Virus record (IMG/VR): IMGVR_UViG_3300044267_002854
Span: 1-51,764 of that record
Source of the DNA: a virus
Taxonomy: Duplodnaviria; Caudoviricetes
Direction: 5' to 3' (one strand)
DNA length: 51,764 nt
In this document: in pieces, positions 10,301 through 19,183 of the stretch
Layout: each line of letters starts with the position of its first letter
How positions within the stretch are numbered: the stretch's first letter is position 1
The notes under the pieces: generated by a model
The model's database searches: none
What the model saw: only the letters and a program-made list of their open reading frames with translations
Told to the model about the DNA's origin: nothing
Program-made: the position numbers and the translations under genes

Positions 10301-10643
10301 CATTGGTATTTTTACTCGTCCAGGAAGATTCTTAACTGCATTATTAAGACAAGTTAGCACGAAACAACAGAAAAGGTTAACAGATTTAATGTTGAACCCA
10401 GATAAAATAACCAGTGAGTATGCAGCGAAACAGTTTTTTGGCAATCCTTTTGTTCAAATGTTGGCTAGGCAATGGCCAACTTTTGTTTCTGGACCAAAAG
10501 CTCCTGGAGACGAACGAGGTTCTTCTGAAAAACTAGAGGAAGACATAGAACAAATGAAACCACAATTAATAGAAGAAAAAAGAATTACCTTTTTTAATTC
10601 GGGTGGGTCAGTTAAACTAATTCCACTGGAGTATGATCTATGA
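7389..10643 (+). CDS. large putative internal virion/ejection protein
   Basis: 1084 aa, helical, with a hydrophobic Gly-rich segment near aa 200 and C-terminal FNSGGSV. Confidence 0.55.
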   Translation: MTYASTIIDDLMQQAIVDESDALQQFQQGIMSQTQRETIDRSLQERYNIEPRQFYSLPDELQREYYGQAAQVLDIIEPTSDFDRVRSIGRVRDIYDEYTRTPRQELEVRGVDPEGAPFAVQETLADLPAGVDQLQAANRALSEQFPGVSIQDLDVSLEPETNNVIFKNPETQQYTTINPVGNNWMDAAGRWMKLEGDAIMWSLIPGVLAGVGTGALTKSPGLAQTAGVIADVGGYFEFRRRTLKDLKERGYLDENEWTDGAIIRQSLMDSIPVGIGSVAGVALTRLLTAHIKRLPDMSLDEQQLVKAIKEVYASKGMPFYDEKSAVQYLYQKQLAGELPPNMRGGDVPWEAYSTDEILDMARRVADIENPGASIRPTTPQIILEASEELGINIGGAPRKTAETLQAALEAIRKEGGPLAQQVDEIMSGQEAQMAQKYQMLLDQGLGTEDALRQLAGINTKKITGTATDLNKILSEPQIARVNEATNEIQRLTDEAIDSIDNLTTNRLTKQEAGASTREFFEEQIEAGEKYIDAFYDKLGVDAGGGRAIYDPTSLIEKVKGLETGEGRRIIQSFRKDTNALDDILKLPKLKKVTDGRQYKNISYEQIKGMIEDINGKLQENLSTSEKRVYTQLKDTLLDFRSSALATQGDDVAQMARIIDEGYSTFKDTFKTGVINKITKARSGRYTTGEGSVMDALLLQGTKKDKEFVKNIINGNTPGADVAKTNVQSWLRGELYSLGRQADGSIDPSRITDAQLNGFLNKYATLLDDYLPAKEVSRIRKLPNLINDMTRGIKEQERLLATLKSDPELGTIFDDMGRAQLHNDPSQVFTRLYGRGPLVPGGKTRVAVNVPALQKTVRILKGRNDATSRRVLEDLKMYAAKDLDDEVSLGSKSVNGLINPLEFKEYLTTMEEPLEILFGKKFVKGLGDYERMIRYLMPKGVGSGAGAEAFQQALKQAEADALKVGTDVTRAYIGIFTRPGRFLTALLRQVSTKQQKRLTDLMLNPDKITSEYAAKQFFGNPFVQMLARQWPTFVSGPKAPGDERGSSEKLEEDIEQMKPQLIEEKRITFFNSGGSVKLIPLEYDL

Positions 10644-11281
10644 TGATGCAGGACATGATGTATAGAGGAGGAAACCCATACATGGGAATAAACTCGATGA
10701 ACCAGCTCGGCATGCAGCGACCTAGCCCCAACTATCCGATGTATACTCATGGTGGATTGGGTGGTATGTATGGTGGCATTTACGGTGGTGGTGGCTACGG
10801 TGCTGGAATGGGTGGTATGTATGGTGGATACAGTCCTATGCCAAGACCTTCACCATATGGCGGAGGACTTTCTTCAGGGTTCGGTCGTCAAATGTTTGGT
10901 CCAAATCCGTACGTTTATTCACAAGCACTGGGTGGCATGGGTCAAAATTTTCAAATGAATCGGTTTCCACAAACTGACTTATACAACTTAATGGCAATGC
11001 AACAGGGTTCTTTTGATCCATATATGCAATACCAAACAGATGACACCGACAATGTTGTTACTCAAGATAACGGTGGTGGCGATGATAACGGTAATGGTCA
11101 ACAACAACAATACGGTCAACAACAATACGGTCAACAACAATACGGTGGTTTCGGTGGCTACGGCTATGGTGGTGGTTACGGTGGTTTAGGAAGTATGGGT
11201 AATTACGGTGGTGGGTTTAGTCCATACGGAGGAATGCCTACTTATCCTCAGCAAATTCCTTATAGGCGTTTTTCCTATTAA
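10640..11281 (+). CDS. Gly/Tyr/Met/Gln-rich low-complexity protein
   Basis: 213 aa. ATGA overlap and GGAG RBS. QQQYG x3 (11102-11146). Confidence 0.7.
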   Translation: MMMQDMMYRGGNPYMGINSMNQLGMQRPSPNYPMYTHGGLGGMYGGIYGGGGYGAGMGGMYGGYSPMPRPSPYGGGLSSGFGRQMFGPNPYVYSQALGGMGQNFQMNRFPQTDLYNLMAMQQGSFDPYMQYQTDDTDNVVTQDNGGGDDNGNGQQQQYGQQQYGQQQYGGFGGYGYGGGYGGLGSMGNYGGGFSPYGGMPTYPQQIPYRRFSY

Positions 11282-11435
11282 GTTGTCTTCTCATAAAGTG
11301 GTTTAGGAAAGCCCTCCAAAAGTCTTTTTCATCTAACAGAGAACAATTAAAACAAAGATAAAACGCTTGGGGATTACCCATCGGTTTATGTACTCTGCTT
11401 ATCTTGACTGGTTCTTTGTGGCAACAGTCGCACAT
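11238..11435 (-). CDS. small Cys-rich (Zn-finger-like) protein
   Basis: ATG immediately after the helicase stop; CDCC...CFNC. Confidence 0.5.
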   Translation of the reverse strand: MCDCCHKEPVKISRVHKPMGNPQAFYLCFNCSLLDEKDFWRAFLNHFMRRQLNRKNAYKEFAEDK

Positions 11436-11436
11436 G

Positions 11437-12894
11437 TTAACGTATCCAGTCTTTCCACTTTTCTTCGCCGAGGACTTCGGCTGCGATGTTTTGCTTTGCC
11501 AAAAGCGATTTAACAATTTTTTCATCTACTGTATCCTTACAAACAATATCGATATATGTGACCTTGTTGACCTGACCTATACGATGAGCTCTGTCCTCTG
11601 ATTGTAGGCGCTTCTCAAGGTCAAAGTTGTTGGAGTAGTATATCACAGTAGATGCTGCGGTTAAATTAATCCCGTACCCACCCGTCTGTGTGTTACCAAC
11701 CATAAACCTCAGAGGCGATTTAAGGTCTTGAAACTGTTTAAGGTATAGCCCCCTATCAAAATCATTTACATCGCCGTAATATGCGCCCACAGAGTCTTCT
11801 CCATATGTTTTCCGTATAGCTTCTAAGATACGGTGTATGTCGTGGCGGTAATTTGCCCATATAATTGCTTTACCTTCGACTTCTTCCAGTATATTCATTA
11901 ATTCATCTAGTCTTTTTGACTTAACTTCCATGTTTTCTTTATCGTCAGTAGTCATAAACCCACAAGACAACTGATGTAAGCGAAGCATCTTAGTCAATAC
12001 TGATGTCGCCGAAACCTGCTGACCTCCTTTCTCTTCGTCATATAGTTGAGTGATTGCGTACGCTTTAATTTCTTTATACGCCTTCTCTTGTTCAGGAGTC
12101 ATCTCTATGTTCCGTGTCATGTATATCTTATCGGGCAGATCTAGGCAGTCTTTTTTCAAAACTCTTGAACTAAATTTTAGGAGTAGTTCGTTCAGCTCTT
12201 CTAGGTTTTTATAACCTACAACCTGTTTGAATGTTCTGCCTCCTGCCGTTCTATTCAGCATCTCAGCGTATCTTGCTCTGAAACTATAGTAGCTACTATA
12301 CCCCAACAACTCAGGGTCTAAGAACTCACACTGCGTATAGAGGTCTAAAGGGCTACGAGTTACAGGAGAACCTGTAAGTATTCTGCGGTACTGTGCGTAC
12401 TTAGAAAGTCGAACTATGCTCTTAGTTCTCCTAGCGCTTGGTGATTTAATTGTGGTGCTCTCGTCTACAGCGAACAATGCTCTTTTACCCAGTAAAAATT
12501 TTCCTGCAAATTTTGTGCCTTTTTGAGTACTGAACGCCTCAACATTCATCACGAGTATAGTAAGATCTATACTGTTTCCTAGTATCTCTTCTCTTTGTGC
12601 TTGGTTCTTCTTTGTTTCCGAAGGTGACCATTTATAAACCCGAGTTTTTATATAATCGGGCATGTGTGCAGGTATCTCACCGCTCACCCAGTTGTCGTAC
12701 ACGCCTTTAGGGGCTACGATCAAAGCACTATCGATCCTGCCCTTATTATATAGGATAGCAATATTGTCTAATAAGATTTTACTCTTACCACAACCCATCT
12801 CTAAAAATAAAGCATGGTCAATAGTCGACCAACAATCTTTCAGAACCCTGTCTTGATGATCATAGGGTTTTGTTTTATATACAAAGTCTAACAT
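11437..12894 (-). CDS. SNF2-family (SF2) helicase
   Basis: LEMGCGKS (Walker A), VDEST, LTGSP, GGYGINLTAA, QSEDRAHRIGQ. Confidence 0.93.
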   Translation of the reverse strand: MLDFVYKTKPYDHQDRVLKDCWSTIDHALFLEMGCGKSKILLDNIAILYNKGRIDSALIVAPKGVYDNWVSGEIPAHMPDYIKTRVYKWSPSETKKNQAQREEILGNSIDLTILVMNVEAFSTQKGTKFAGKFLLGKRALFAVDESTTIKSPSARRTKSIVRLSKYAQYRRILTGSPVTRSPLDLYTQCEFLDPELLGYSSYYSFRARYAEMLNRTAGGRTFKQVVGYKNLEELNELLLKFSSRVLKKDCLDLPDKIYMTRNIEMTPEQEKAYKEIKAYAITQLYDEEKGGQQVSATSVLTKMLRLHQLSCGFMTTDDKENMEVKSKRLDELMNILEEVEGKAIIWANYRHDIHRILEAIRKTYGEDSVGAYYGDVNDFDRGLYLKQFQDLKSPLRFMVGNTQTGGYGINLTAASTVIYYSNNFDLEKRLQSEDRAHRIGQVNKVTYIDIVCKDTVDEKIVKSLLAKQNIAAEVLGEEKWKDWIR

Positions 12895-12923
12895 CTCTCT
12901 TATCTCTTATGCTATATACCTAT

Positions 12924-12951
12924 AGCATAGGTATATTTTTTAGAAAGTAAA
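12924..12951 (-). promoter_or_regulatory. leftward promoter for the helicase (TTTACT-N16-TATGCT)
   Basis: Same motif as the rightward promoters, overlapped by palindromes. Confidence 0.6.
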
Positions 12952-12990
12952 GGAATACATGTGACGTTGTCTTATATATTGTCTAGTTAT

Positions 12991-13080
12991 AGCCAATAGC
13001 CCTCTAATAACTTTAGGCAATATACGTTTTGCCTAATAAAACTAAGGTTCTCAGGAAATGGCTATTGGACTATTGGCTGA
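12991..13080. repeat. inverted AGCCAATAG/CTATTGGCT repeats, candidate replication origin
   Basis: AGCCAATAGCC at 12991, TTAGGCAA-N8-TTGCCTAA at 13013-13036, GGCTATTGG at 13060, CTATTGGCTGA at 13070. Lies between divergent replication genes. Confidence 0.5.
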
Positions 13081-13229
13081 TATCGGATTTTTTTAAAACT
13101 TTTTTATATAATTGCCACGCTGAGTAATATATAATATTCTTTGGTGCCCAAAGGGTATCAGAAGAAACCCCCTAAATACCTTATCTTCAGCCCTTTGGAC
13201 ACTACTTCTAAAAATATTACGTTTATTCC

Positions 13230-13258
13230 TTTACTTTCTATTTAAGCTGACCCATACT
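13230..13258 (+). promoter_or_regulatory. promoter TTTACT-N17-CATACT
   Basis: Recurrent phage promoter motif upstream of the replication operon. Confidence 0.7.
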
Positions 13259-13290
13259 TTATATCATACTTTAGATAGGAGAGAAAATAC

Positions 13291-13596
13291 ATGACAGTTT
13301 TTGTCATACAAGAACCTGACGCAAATAAAAACATTCTTTCTGCAAGTGACTTTGGAGAATTAGAGTTTGTATTACCCGCTAGGGAAAACATGATGTATAG
13401 TCCTGCACCTACGGTGGCTAGGATTAAACATGCGTTGAGGAACTTTGCTGACGAAGACTATCTATTATTAATAGGTGACCCTGCAGCGATCGGCGTAGCG
13501 GTACACATTGCTCTCCAGAATAATCGCCAAAAGGCAAAACTCCTAAAATGGGACAAAAGAGAGTACAGGTATTATCCTGTAGAGGTAGAAACATGA
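13291..13596 (+). CDS. conserved phage hypothetical protein
   Basis: 101 aa with AGGAG RBS. Confidence 0.75.
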   Translation: MTVFVIQEPDANKNILSASDFGELEFVLPARENMMYSPAPTVARIKHALRNFADEDYLLLIGDPAAIGVAVHIALQNNRQKAKLLKWDKREYRYYPVEVET

Positions 13597-14156
13597 AAGA
13601 AGAAAGAACCGTACTAGAACAAATCGTAGAAGATCAAGAAATTAATGTCAGTGACGATGGCATACAAACTATTTCCGTCTTAGCAGAGGCTCAGCTAGAG
13701 CTAGAACAACAGATGGAAGAAATCAATAACCAACTAAAAGTTATAAAGGAAAAACACCGTAGGATATCAGAGGAGCAGTTACCTGAAGCTCTGAAAGAGG
13801 TTGGTATAGCAGAATTTAAGTTAAAAGACGGCACTAAGGTTAGCACGGCTACCTATTATAGTGCACGCATAACCCCAGACAATAAAGAAGAGGCTTTTGA
13901 ATGGCTCCGTAATAATAATTTTGCGGATCTAATTAAAAACACAGTGTCGGTTAGTTTCGGTAGAGACGAAGACGGTGCTGCAAGGGAACTTCGTGACGAA
14001 CTCAATAGGAATGGCATGAATACCGCTCAGAAAGAGTGGGTAGAACCCATGACTTTAAAAGCGTTCGTTAGGGAGCAGGTTGAAAAGGGTGTTGACCTAC
14101 CCTATGAGACCTTTAATGTATATATTGGTCAAAGAAGCAAAATAATCAAGAGGTAA
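13593..14156 (+). CDS. conserved phage replication-module protein (coiled coil plus AFEWLR motif)
   Basis: ATGA overlap at 13593; EAFEWLRNNNFADLIKNTVSVSFG. Confidence 0.7.
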   Translation: MKEERTVLEQIVEDQEINVSDDGIQTISVLAEAQLELEQQMEEINNQLKVIKEKHRRISEEQLPEALKEVGIAEFKLKDGTKVSTATYYSARITPDNKEEAFEWLRNNNFADLIKNTVSVSFGRDEDGAARELRDELNRNGMNTAQKEWVEPMTLKAFVREQVEKGVDLPYETFNVYIGQRSKIIKR

Positions 14157-14162
14157 TGAATC

Positions 14163-14921
14163 ATGGAAAAAGAAACCATTGAAAAAGAACCAAGTAACCA
14201 AAGTTTGGCTACTATTGATGCTGCTGTATTAGCTCAGGACGAAGGCGCAGGACTCGAAAATGTCAGCGCTGATGACCTGTTAATACCTAGTCTTAAACTT
14301 GTTCAAAAAGGAAGCCCTTTTGTAGATCCTACAGAGAGCACCTACACAGAAGAAGTTAAGGTTGGTGACATCATTAATAGTGTGACAAACGAATTTTATG
14401 ATGGCTCTGCTGGAATCACAGTAGTCCCTTCTGCTTATCGAAGAGTATTCTTAGAATACGTTCCTAGGGAAGCAGGTGGTGGATTAGCTGGATTTCATGA
14501 AGACCCAGCAATACTTTCGCAAACACATAGAGATGAGATGGGTAAGGACGTACTGCCTAGTGGCAACTACATCCAAACCACAGCAAATCACTACGTGTTG
14601 TTGGTAGAAGGTGAAAAATTCACACCAGTGATGATCGCAATGTACTCTAGTCAGTTGAAAAAATCAAGAAGATGGAACTCAATAATGGCTGGTCAACGAG
14701 TTATGAACGGTGGTAAGGCTATCGTTCCTGCTTCGTACAGTCATAAGTACCGTCTTTCAACCGTTGCTGAAAAGAACAGTAAAGGTAGTTGGTTTGGCTG
14801 GAAGATCGATTTAGTAGGACAAGTTGAGGATATTAACCTCTACAACGTCGCTAAAGAGTTTGCGAAAAGCACAACGGCATCCGAAATAGCTACAACAACA
14901 GCTCCTGAGGAGTCCTTCTAA
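14163..14921 (+). CDS. putative single-stranded DNA-binding protein
   Basis: Position before the primase, KNSKGSWFGW motif, acidic C-terminus ending in F. Confidence 0.55.
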   Translation: MEKETIEKEPSNQSLATIDAAVLAQDEGAGLENVSADDLLIPSLKLVQKGSPFVDPTESTYTEEVKVGDIINSVTNEFYDGSAGITVVPSAYRRVFLEYVPREAGGGLAGFHEDPAILSQTHRDEMGKDVLPSGNYIQTTANHYVLLVEGEKFTPVMIAMYSSQLKKSRRWNSIMAGQRVMNGGKAIVPASYSHKYRLSTVAEKNSKGSWFGWKIDLVGQVEDINLYNVAKEFAKSTTASEIATTTAPEESF

Positions 14922-14928
14922 CTAAAGG

Positions 14929-14965
14929 AGTGGGAGGGGTTTTTACCTTTATTGCCCTCTCCCAC
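14929..14965 (+). terminator. stem-loop after the SSB-like gene
   Basis: GTGGGAGGGG...CCCTCTCCCAC imperfect inverted repeat. Confidence 0.4.
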
Positions 14966-14985
14966 TACCTTAACAATCAAAGAAT

Positions 14986-16491
14986 ATGACAGAATTATCG
15001 AAAAACTTTTATACACTTTTTAAGGGGTCAAAGAAAGCACACGGTACATTCAGTATAGAAAAAACATCAGACGTTAAGCAAAAGGGTGTTGGTAAGACAG
15101 TTAGGAGCGGTGGCGCAGAAGAGAAGCAGTGGCAAGCACACCTAGATGGAGAATACGGGCTAGGGGTTATACCGATAACAGAAAAGAATCAAGTTAGTTG
15201 GGGTTGTATAGACATTGATGTTTACCCATTAGACTTAGCGCACATTGTAAATTTAGTAGAACACCAGAACTTTCCCCTAGTAGTTTGTCGTAGTAAGAGC
15301 GGTGGTGCTCATGTTTTTCTATTCACAGAAGAGCCGATACCTGCAGGAGATATGCAGGATAAGCTAAGAGAACTTTCTGCTGCACTCGGACATGGAGGAG
15401 TAGAGATATTTCCTAAGCAAAGAGAAATACTAGTAGAACGAAACGATGTAGGCTCTTGGCTAAATATGCCATATTTTGGAGGAGAAAACTCTACACGATA
15501 TGGATATAATCAAAAGGGTGAAGCCCTGTCCCCGCAAGAATTTTTAAACTTCGCAGAGTCGAGGAAGATAACACATAAAGAACTTTTAAACATTAAAGTA
15601 CCAACAGTAGACGATATTCAAGGTGGTCCACCTTGCTTAAAGGTGTTATTGAAACAGGGGTTCCCAGAAGGAACTAGAAATAACGGTTTATTTAATGTCG
15701 GCGTTTATTTGAAGAAATCCATCCCCGACGAATGGGAAAAGCAGATAGAGGAATACAACCGTAAGTATGTGACTCCTCCGCTTCCTGCTCAAGAGGTACT
15801 TACCCTAATAAAAACACTACAGAAAAAAGAGTATAACTATAAGTGCTCGGACGAGCCTATACATTCGTACTGTGACCGCAACCAATGTTTGCGCTGTAAG
15901 TTTGGAGTAGGGGATAATCATGGAACGCCAACCTTCTCTAGTTTAGCAAAACTAGACACAGAACCACCACTATGGTTTCTTTCAATAGACGATAGAAGGG
16001 TAGAGCTCACTACGGAAGAACTACAGAATCAGTTGAGGTTTCAACGCATCTGTATGGAGCAACTAAATATGATGCCCCCAAGAATGAATGAAAAACAATG
16101 GCAGGCACTCATACAACACTTAATGAATAGTGGTATGGAAATAATTGAGGTTAGTAGTGATGCTTCTGTAGAAGGACAGTTTATGGAATTGCTTGAGTCG
16201 TTCTGCACAGACCTAGCACAAGCCTCAGTGAGAGACGAGATATTATTAGGTAAGCCATGGACGAATGAAAGCGTTACATATTTTAGACTAAAGGATTTAA
16301 AAGGCTACTTAATCAAGCATCGATTCACCGACATGGAGATCAACCAGATCGCCTCTAGGCTGAGGGACATAGGAGCAAAAAATAAGTTTTGGAACATAAA
16401 GAAAAGGGGTGTAAATGTTTGGTCTATCCCTGCTTTTGAATACGAGGCAACAGACCTTGAGATCCCTAACATGGACGAGGACGGATTTTAA
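14986..16491 (+). CDS. DNA primase (AEP/prim-pol-like with PriCT domain)
   Basis: CIDID, RSKSGGAH, EGTRNNGLF and a Cys cluster. Confidence 0.75.
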   Translation: MTELSKNFYTLFKGSKKAHGTFSIEKTSDVKQKGVGKTVRSGGAEEKQWQAHLDGEYGLGVIPITEKNQVSWGCIDIDVYPLDLAHIVNLVEHQNFPLVVCRSKSGGAHVFLFTEEPIPAGDMQDKLRELSAALGHGGVEIFPKQREILVERNDVGSWLNMPYFGGENSTRYGYNQKGEALSPQEFLNFAESRKITHKELLNIKVPTVDDIQGGPPCLKVLLKQGFPEGTRNNGLFNVGVYLKKSIPDEWEKQIEEYNRKYVTPPLPAQEVLTLIKTLQKKEYNYKCSDEPIHSYCDRNQCLRCKFGVGDNHGTPTFSSLAKLDTEPPLWFLSIDDRRVELTTEELQNQLRFQRICMEQLNMMPPRMNEKQWQALIQHLMNSGMEIIEVSSDASVEGQFMELLESFCTDLAQASVRDEILLGKPWTNESVTYFRLKDLKGYLIKHRFTDMEINQIASRLRDIGAKNKFWNIKKRGVNVWSIPAFEYEATDLEIPNMDEDGF

Positions 16492-17990
16492 TGCAGAATA
16501 TAGTTATTGGACCGCCTGGAACTGGGAAAACCACCTTCCTTCTGAGCAGGATAGAAGAATATTTAGAAGATGGTGTTTCACCTAACCGTATTGCGTACCT
16601 TACCTTTACTCGTAAAGCAGCAAACGAAGGGTTAAACAGAGCTGTCAAGAAGTTTGGCTTTGACCCAGACGAACTACCATACTTTAGGACGATACATTCT
16701 TTATGTTATCGTTGGTTAAATATGAAAAAGGCAGACGTTATAGGTAAGGATGACTACAGGGAGTTAGGCGAGATTTTAGGCGAAAGAATAACTGGTGGTT
16801 TCAGTAGCGATGATGGCATCGTCAAAGGATCTACCGTCGCTGACCAAATGTTATTATTAGAAAACACAGCTAGGAGTAAGGGCGTACCGTTAATGCAACA
16901 GTGGAAAGAAGCCTCTCCCGATTACAGTTGGATGCACTTTAATTGGCTTTGTCGTAGCTACGCTGAGTATAAAAAGTCTCGCTACTTAATAGACTACACC
17001 GATATGTTAGAAAAATTCCTTAAAACAAAAACAACACCCGAGCTGAAAGTGTTGTTTATTGATGAAGCACAAGACTTGTCTACGTTGCAATGGGACTGCG
17101 TAAAAAAGATTGCTGGTAACTCTGAGGAAGTGTATATAGCAGGAGACGATGACCAAGCAATATATAAATGGGCAGGTGCTGATGTAGATGAGTTTATTTC
17201 TTTGAAGGGTAAAGAGATACAACTCAAACAATCTTACAGGATTCCGAGCAAGGTACACAGTCTTTCTCAACAAATAATTAAGCGAAATAAAAACAGAAGA
17301 CCTAAGGAGTGGTTATCTAAGGAAGACGAAGGTTCAGTAAATTTTCACACAGCAATAGAACACATAGAAATGTCAGAAGGGGAATGGTTACTACTCGCTA
17401 GGAATAACTATCTACTTAATCCTATAGAAGAATATTTAAAGACGGTTGGTGTATTATACGAAAGAAACCATAAGATTTCTGTTAGGCAAAGACTCTTGGA
17501 CGCTATTAGGGGTTGGGAGATGTTGAGAAAAGGACAAGCTGTGCCTCTTGATGTTGTAAAGAATATATATTATTTTATGTCTGTGAACAAAGGTATAGAG
17601 AGGGGTAAAAAGAATTTAAAAAATGCAGACGAGGAAGGCATGTTCACTCTCGATAACCTTAAGAAAAATCATGGTCTGTTGGTAGAAAGTATTTGGCACG
17701 AGGCGTTTGACCGTGTTGGCATGCAAGAAAGAGAGTATTTGATTTCTTGTTTAAGGAAAGAAGAGAAGGTTACTTCCCCTCGTATAAAGCTCAGCACAAT
17801 ACATGCAGCAAAGGGAGGGGAGTGTGATAATGTTGTACTGCTCACAGATATGGCTAACAGTACTTGGAAAGAATTAGGTAAGAATCCAGAAAACGAAAAC
17901 AGAACCTTTTATGTTGCTGTTACGAGGACTAAACAAAACCTACATGTAGTTCTTCCAAGAACACATAAAAACTTTACAATCGCCTACTAA
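16491..17990 (+). CDS. UvrD/Rep-family SF1 helicase
   Basis: GPPGTGKTT, FIDEAQD, GDDDQAIY, STIHAAKGGE, YVAVTR. Confidence 0.93.
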   Translation: MQNIVIGPPGTGKTTFLLSRIEEYLEDGVSPNRIAYLTFTRKAANEGLNRAVKKFGFDPDELPYFRTIHSLCYRWLNMKKADVIGKDDYRELGEILGERITGGFSSDDGIVKGSTVADQMLLLENTARSKGVPLMQQWKEASPDYSWMHFNWLCRSYAEYKKSRYLIDYTDMLEKFLKTKTTPELKVLFIDEAQDLSTLQWDCVKKIAGNSEEVYIAGDDDQAIYKWAGADVDEFISLKGKEIQLKQSYRIPSKVHSLSQQIIKRNKNRRPKEWLSKEDEGSVNFHTAIEHIEMSEGEWLLLARNNYLLNPIEEYLKTVGVLYERNHKISVRQRLLDAIRGWEMLRKGQAVPLDVVKNIYYFMSVNKGIERGKKNLKNADEEGMFTLDNLKKNHGLLVESIWHEAFDRVGMQEREYLISCLRKEEKVTSPRIKLSTIHAAKGGECDNVVLLTDMANSTWKELGKNPENENRTFYVAVTRTKQNLHVVLPRTHKNFTIAY

Positions 17991-17994
17991 TTCC

Positions 17995-18023
17995 TTTACT
18001 TTGTAAAGTAGTTTAGATAGGAT
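17995..18023 (+). promoter_or_regulatory. promoter TTTACT-N17-TAGGAT for the DNA-modification operon
   Basis: Recurrent motif. Confidence 0.7.
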
Positions 18024-18048
18024 ACTTTTAATAACTTAGGTATTTATT

Positions 18049-18879
18049 ATGCAAACAAATATGATACAAGCATTCTTTGATTACATCAACGAGAGGCATG
18101 CTATTTATATTAATAAGTCTTCGGGCGCAGAGTTCCCTTGGACTGAAGACGAGATACTACAGACCTATAGCTTTTGTAATGTATTTAGGGAACTAGACAC
18201 AGTCACCATATGGCTTCGTAAAAACTGGAGAGAGCCGTATGCCGACCACCCCAACCTTCCTTTCGCTATGGCGATGGCTCGTCAAATCAATTGGCCAGCA
18301 ACTTTAGAAGAGATCGGCTTCCCTGAGGAATGGAACCCAGAACATGCTAAAAATGTTATGAGGGCTAGAAAACTTAAAAAAGAGAAAGTGTACACTGGTG
18401 CGTACATGTTGACGGGAACGCTAGGTGGTTCAAAAATCGATCAAACCATCGATAAAATACTAACCCCTCTGTATGAAAACCAACCTGAAATCTACTCCCA
18501 CTCGTTAGAACAGAGTTGGAGAGAGTATTTAAAGTACAAGGGTTTTGCCAAGTTTATATCCTATGAAGTTATTACAGACCTAAGACACACTAAACACTTA
18601 GAAAACGCAAACGACATAATGACTTGGGCTAATCCAGGTCCAGGAGCAAAGAGAGGACTCAACCGTATAAGCGGTAAAGAACTCAATGAGCCTATGCACA
18701 TTAAACGGGCTATAGAGGAAATGAGAGAGCTGTTACAATATTCTTTAAAAGAGCTCGAACCTTTTGTACCTGCCCTAGAGATGAGAGACATAGAGCACTC
18801 ATTATGTGAGTTTGATAAATATGAACGAACCAGATTAAACCAAGGGAGACCACGTGCTAAATATCACAAACCTGTTTAA
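18049..18879 (+). CDS. 5-hmdU DNA kinase-like protein (aGPT-Pplase1/HMUDK helical family)
   Basis: ERHAIY...PWTEDEILQTYSFCNVFRELD, GPGAKRGL, RDIEHSLCEFDKY: HhH-glycosylase-like fold signature recalled for this family. Confidence 0.8.
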   Translation: MQTNMIQAFFDYINERHAIYINKSSGAEFPWTEDEILQTYSFCNVFRELDTVTIWLRKNWREPYADHPNLPFAMAMARQINWPATLEEIGFPEEWNPEHAKNVMRARKLKKEKVYTGAYMLTGTLGGSKIDQTIDKILTPLYENQPEIYSHSLEQSWREYLKYKGFAKFISYEVITDLRHTKHLENANDIMTWANPGPGAKRGLNRISGKELNEPMHIKRAIEEMRELLQYSLKELEPFVPALEMRDIEHSLCEFDKYERTRLNQGRPRAKYHKPV

Positions 18880-19183
18880 AACAGTAAAAGAAGACGAGCG
18901 ATATCTCGTTGAAGACAACACACACCTAAAGACCATGGTTGTGAGTAAAACAACCCTAAAGCCTGAGAAAGAAACCACAGGACATTTCCACGAAGGACAG
19001 GAAGAAGTTTATTTATTTGTTAAGGGTAGGGGTGTACTAGAAACACACACCGAACTCATACAGGTGGTTGAAGGAGACGTCGTAGTCATAGACGATGGAG
19101 ATTTTCATAAGGTTTCTAATACATCAGACACAGTAGACCTAGAGTTTATTTGTGTGTTTCCAGGAGAACGCTATGAACATTGA
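18854..19183 (+). CDS. cupin-domain protein
   Basis: GHFHEGQEEVYLFVKGRG...GDVVVIDDGDFHKV. Confidence 0.85.
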   Translation: MLNITNLFKTVKEDERYLVEDNTHLKTMVVSKTTLKPEKETTGHFHEGQEEVYLFVKGRGVLETHTELIQVVEGDVVVIDDGDFHKVSNTSDTVDLEFICVFPGERYEH

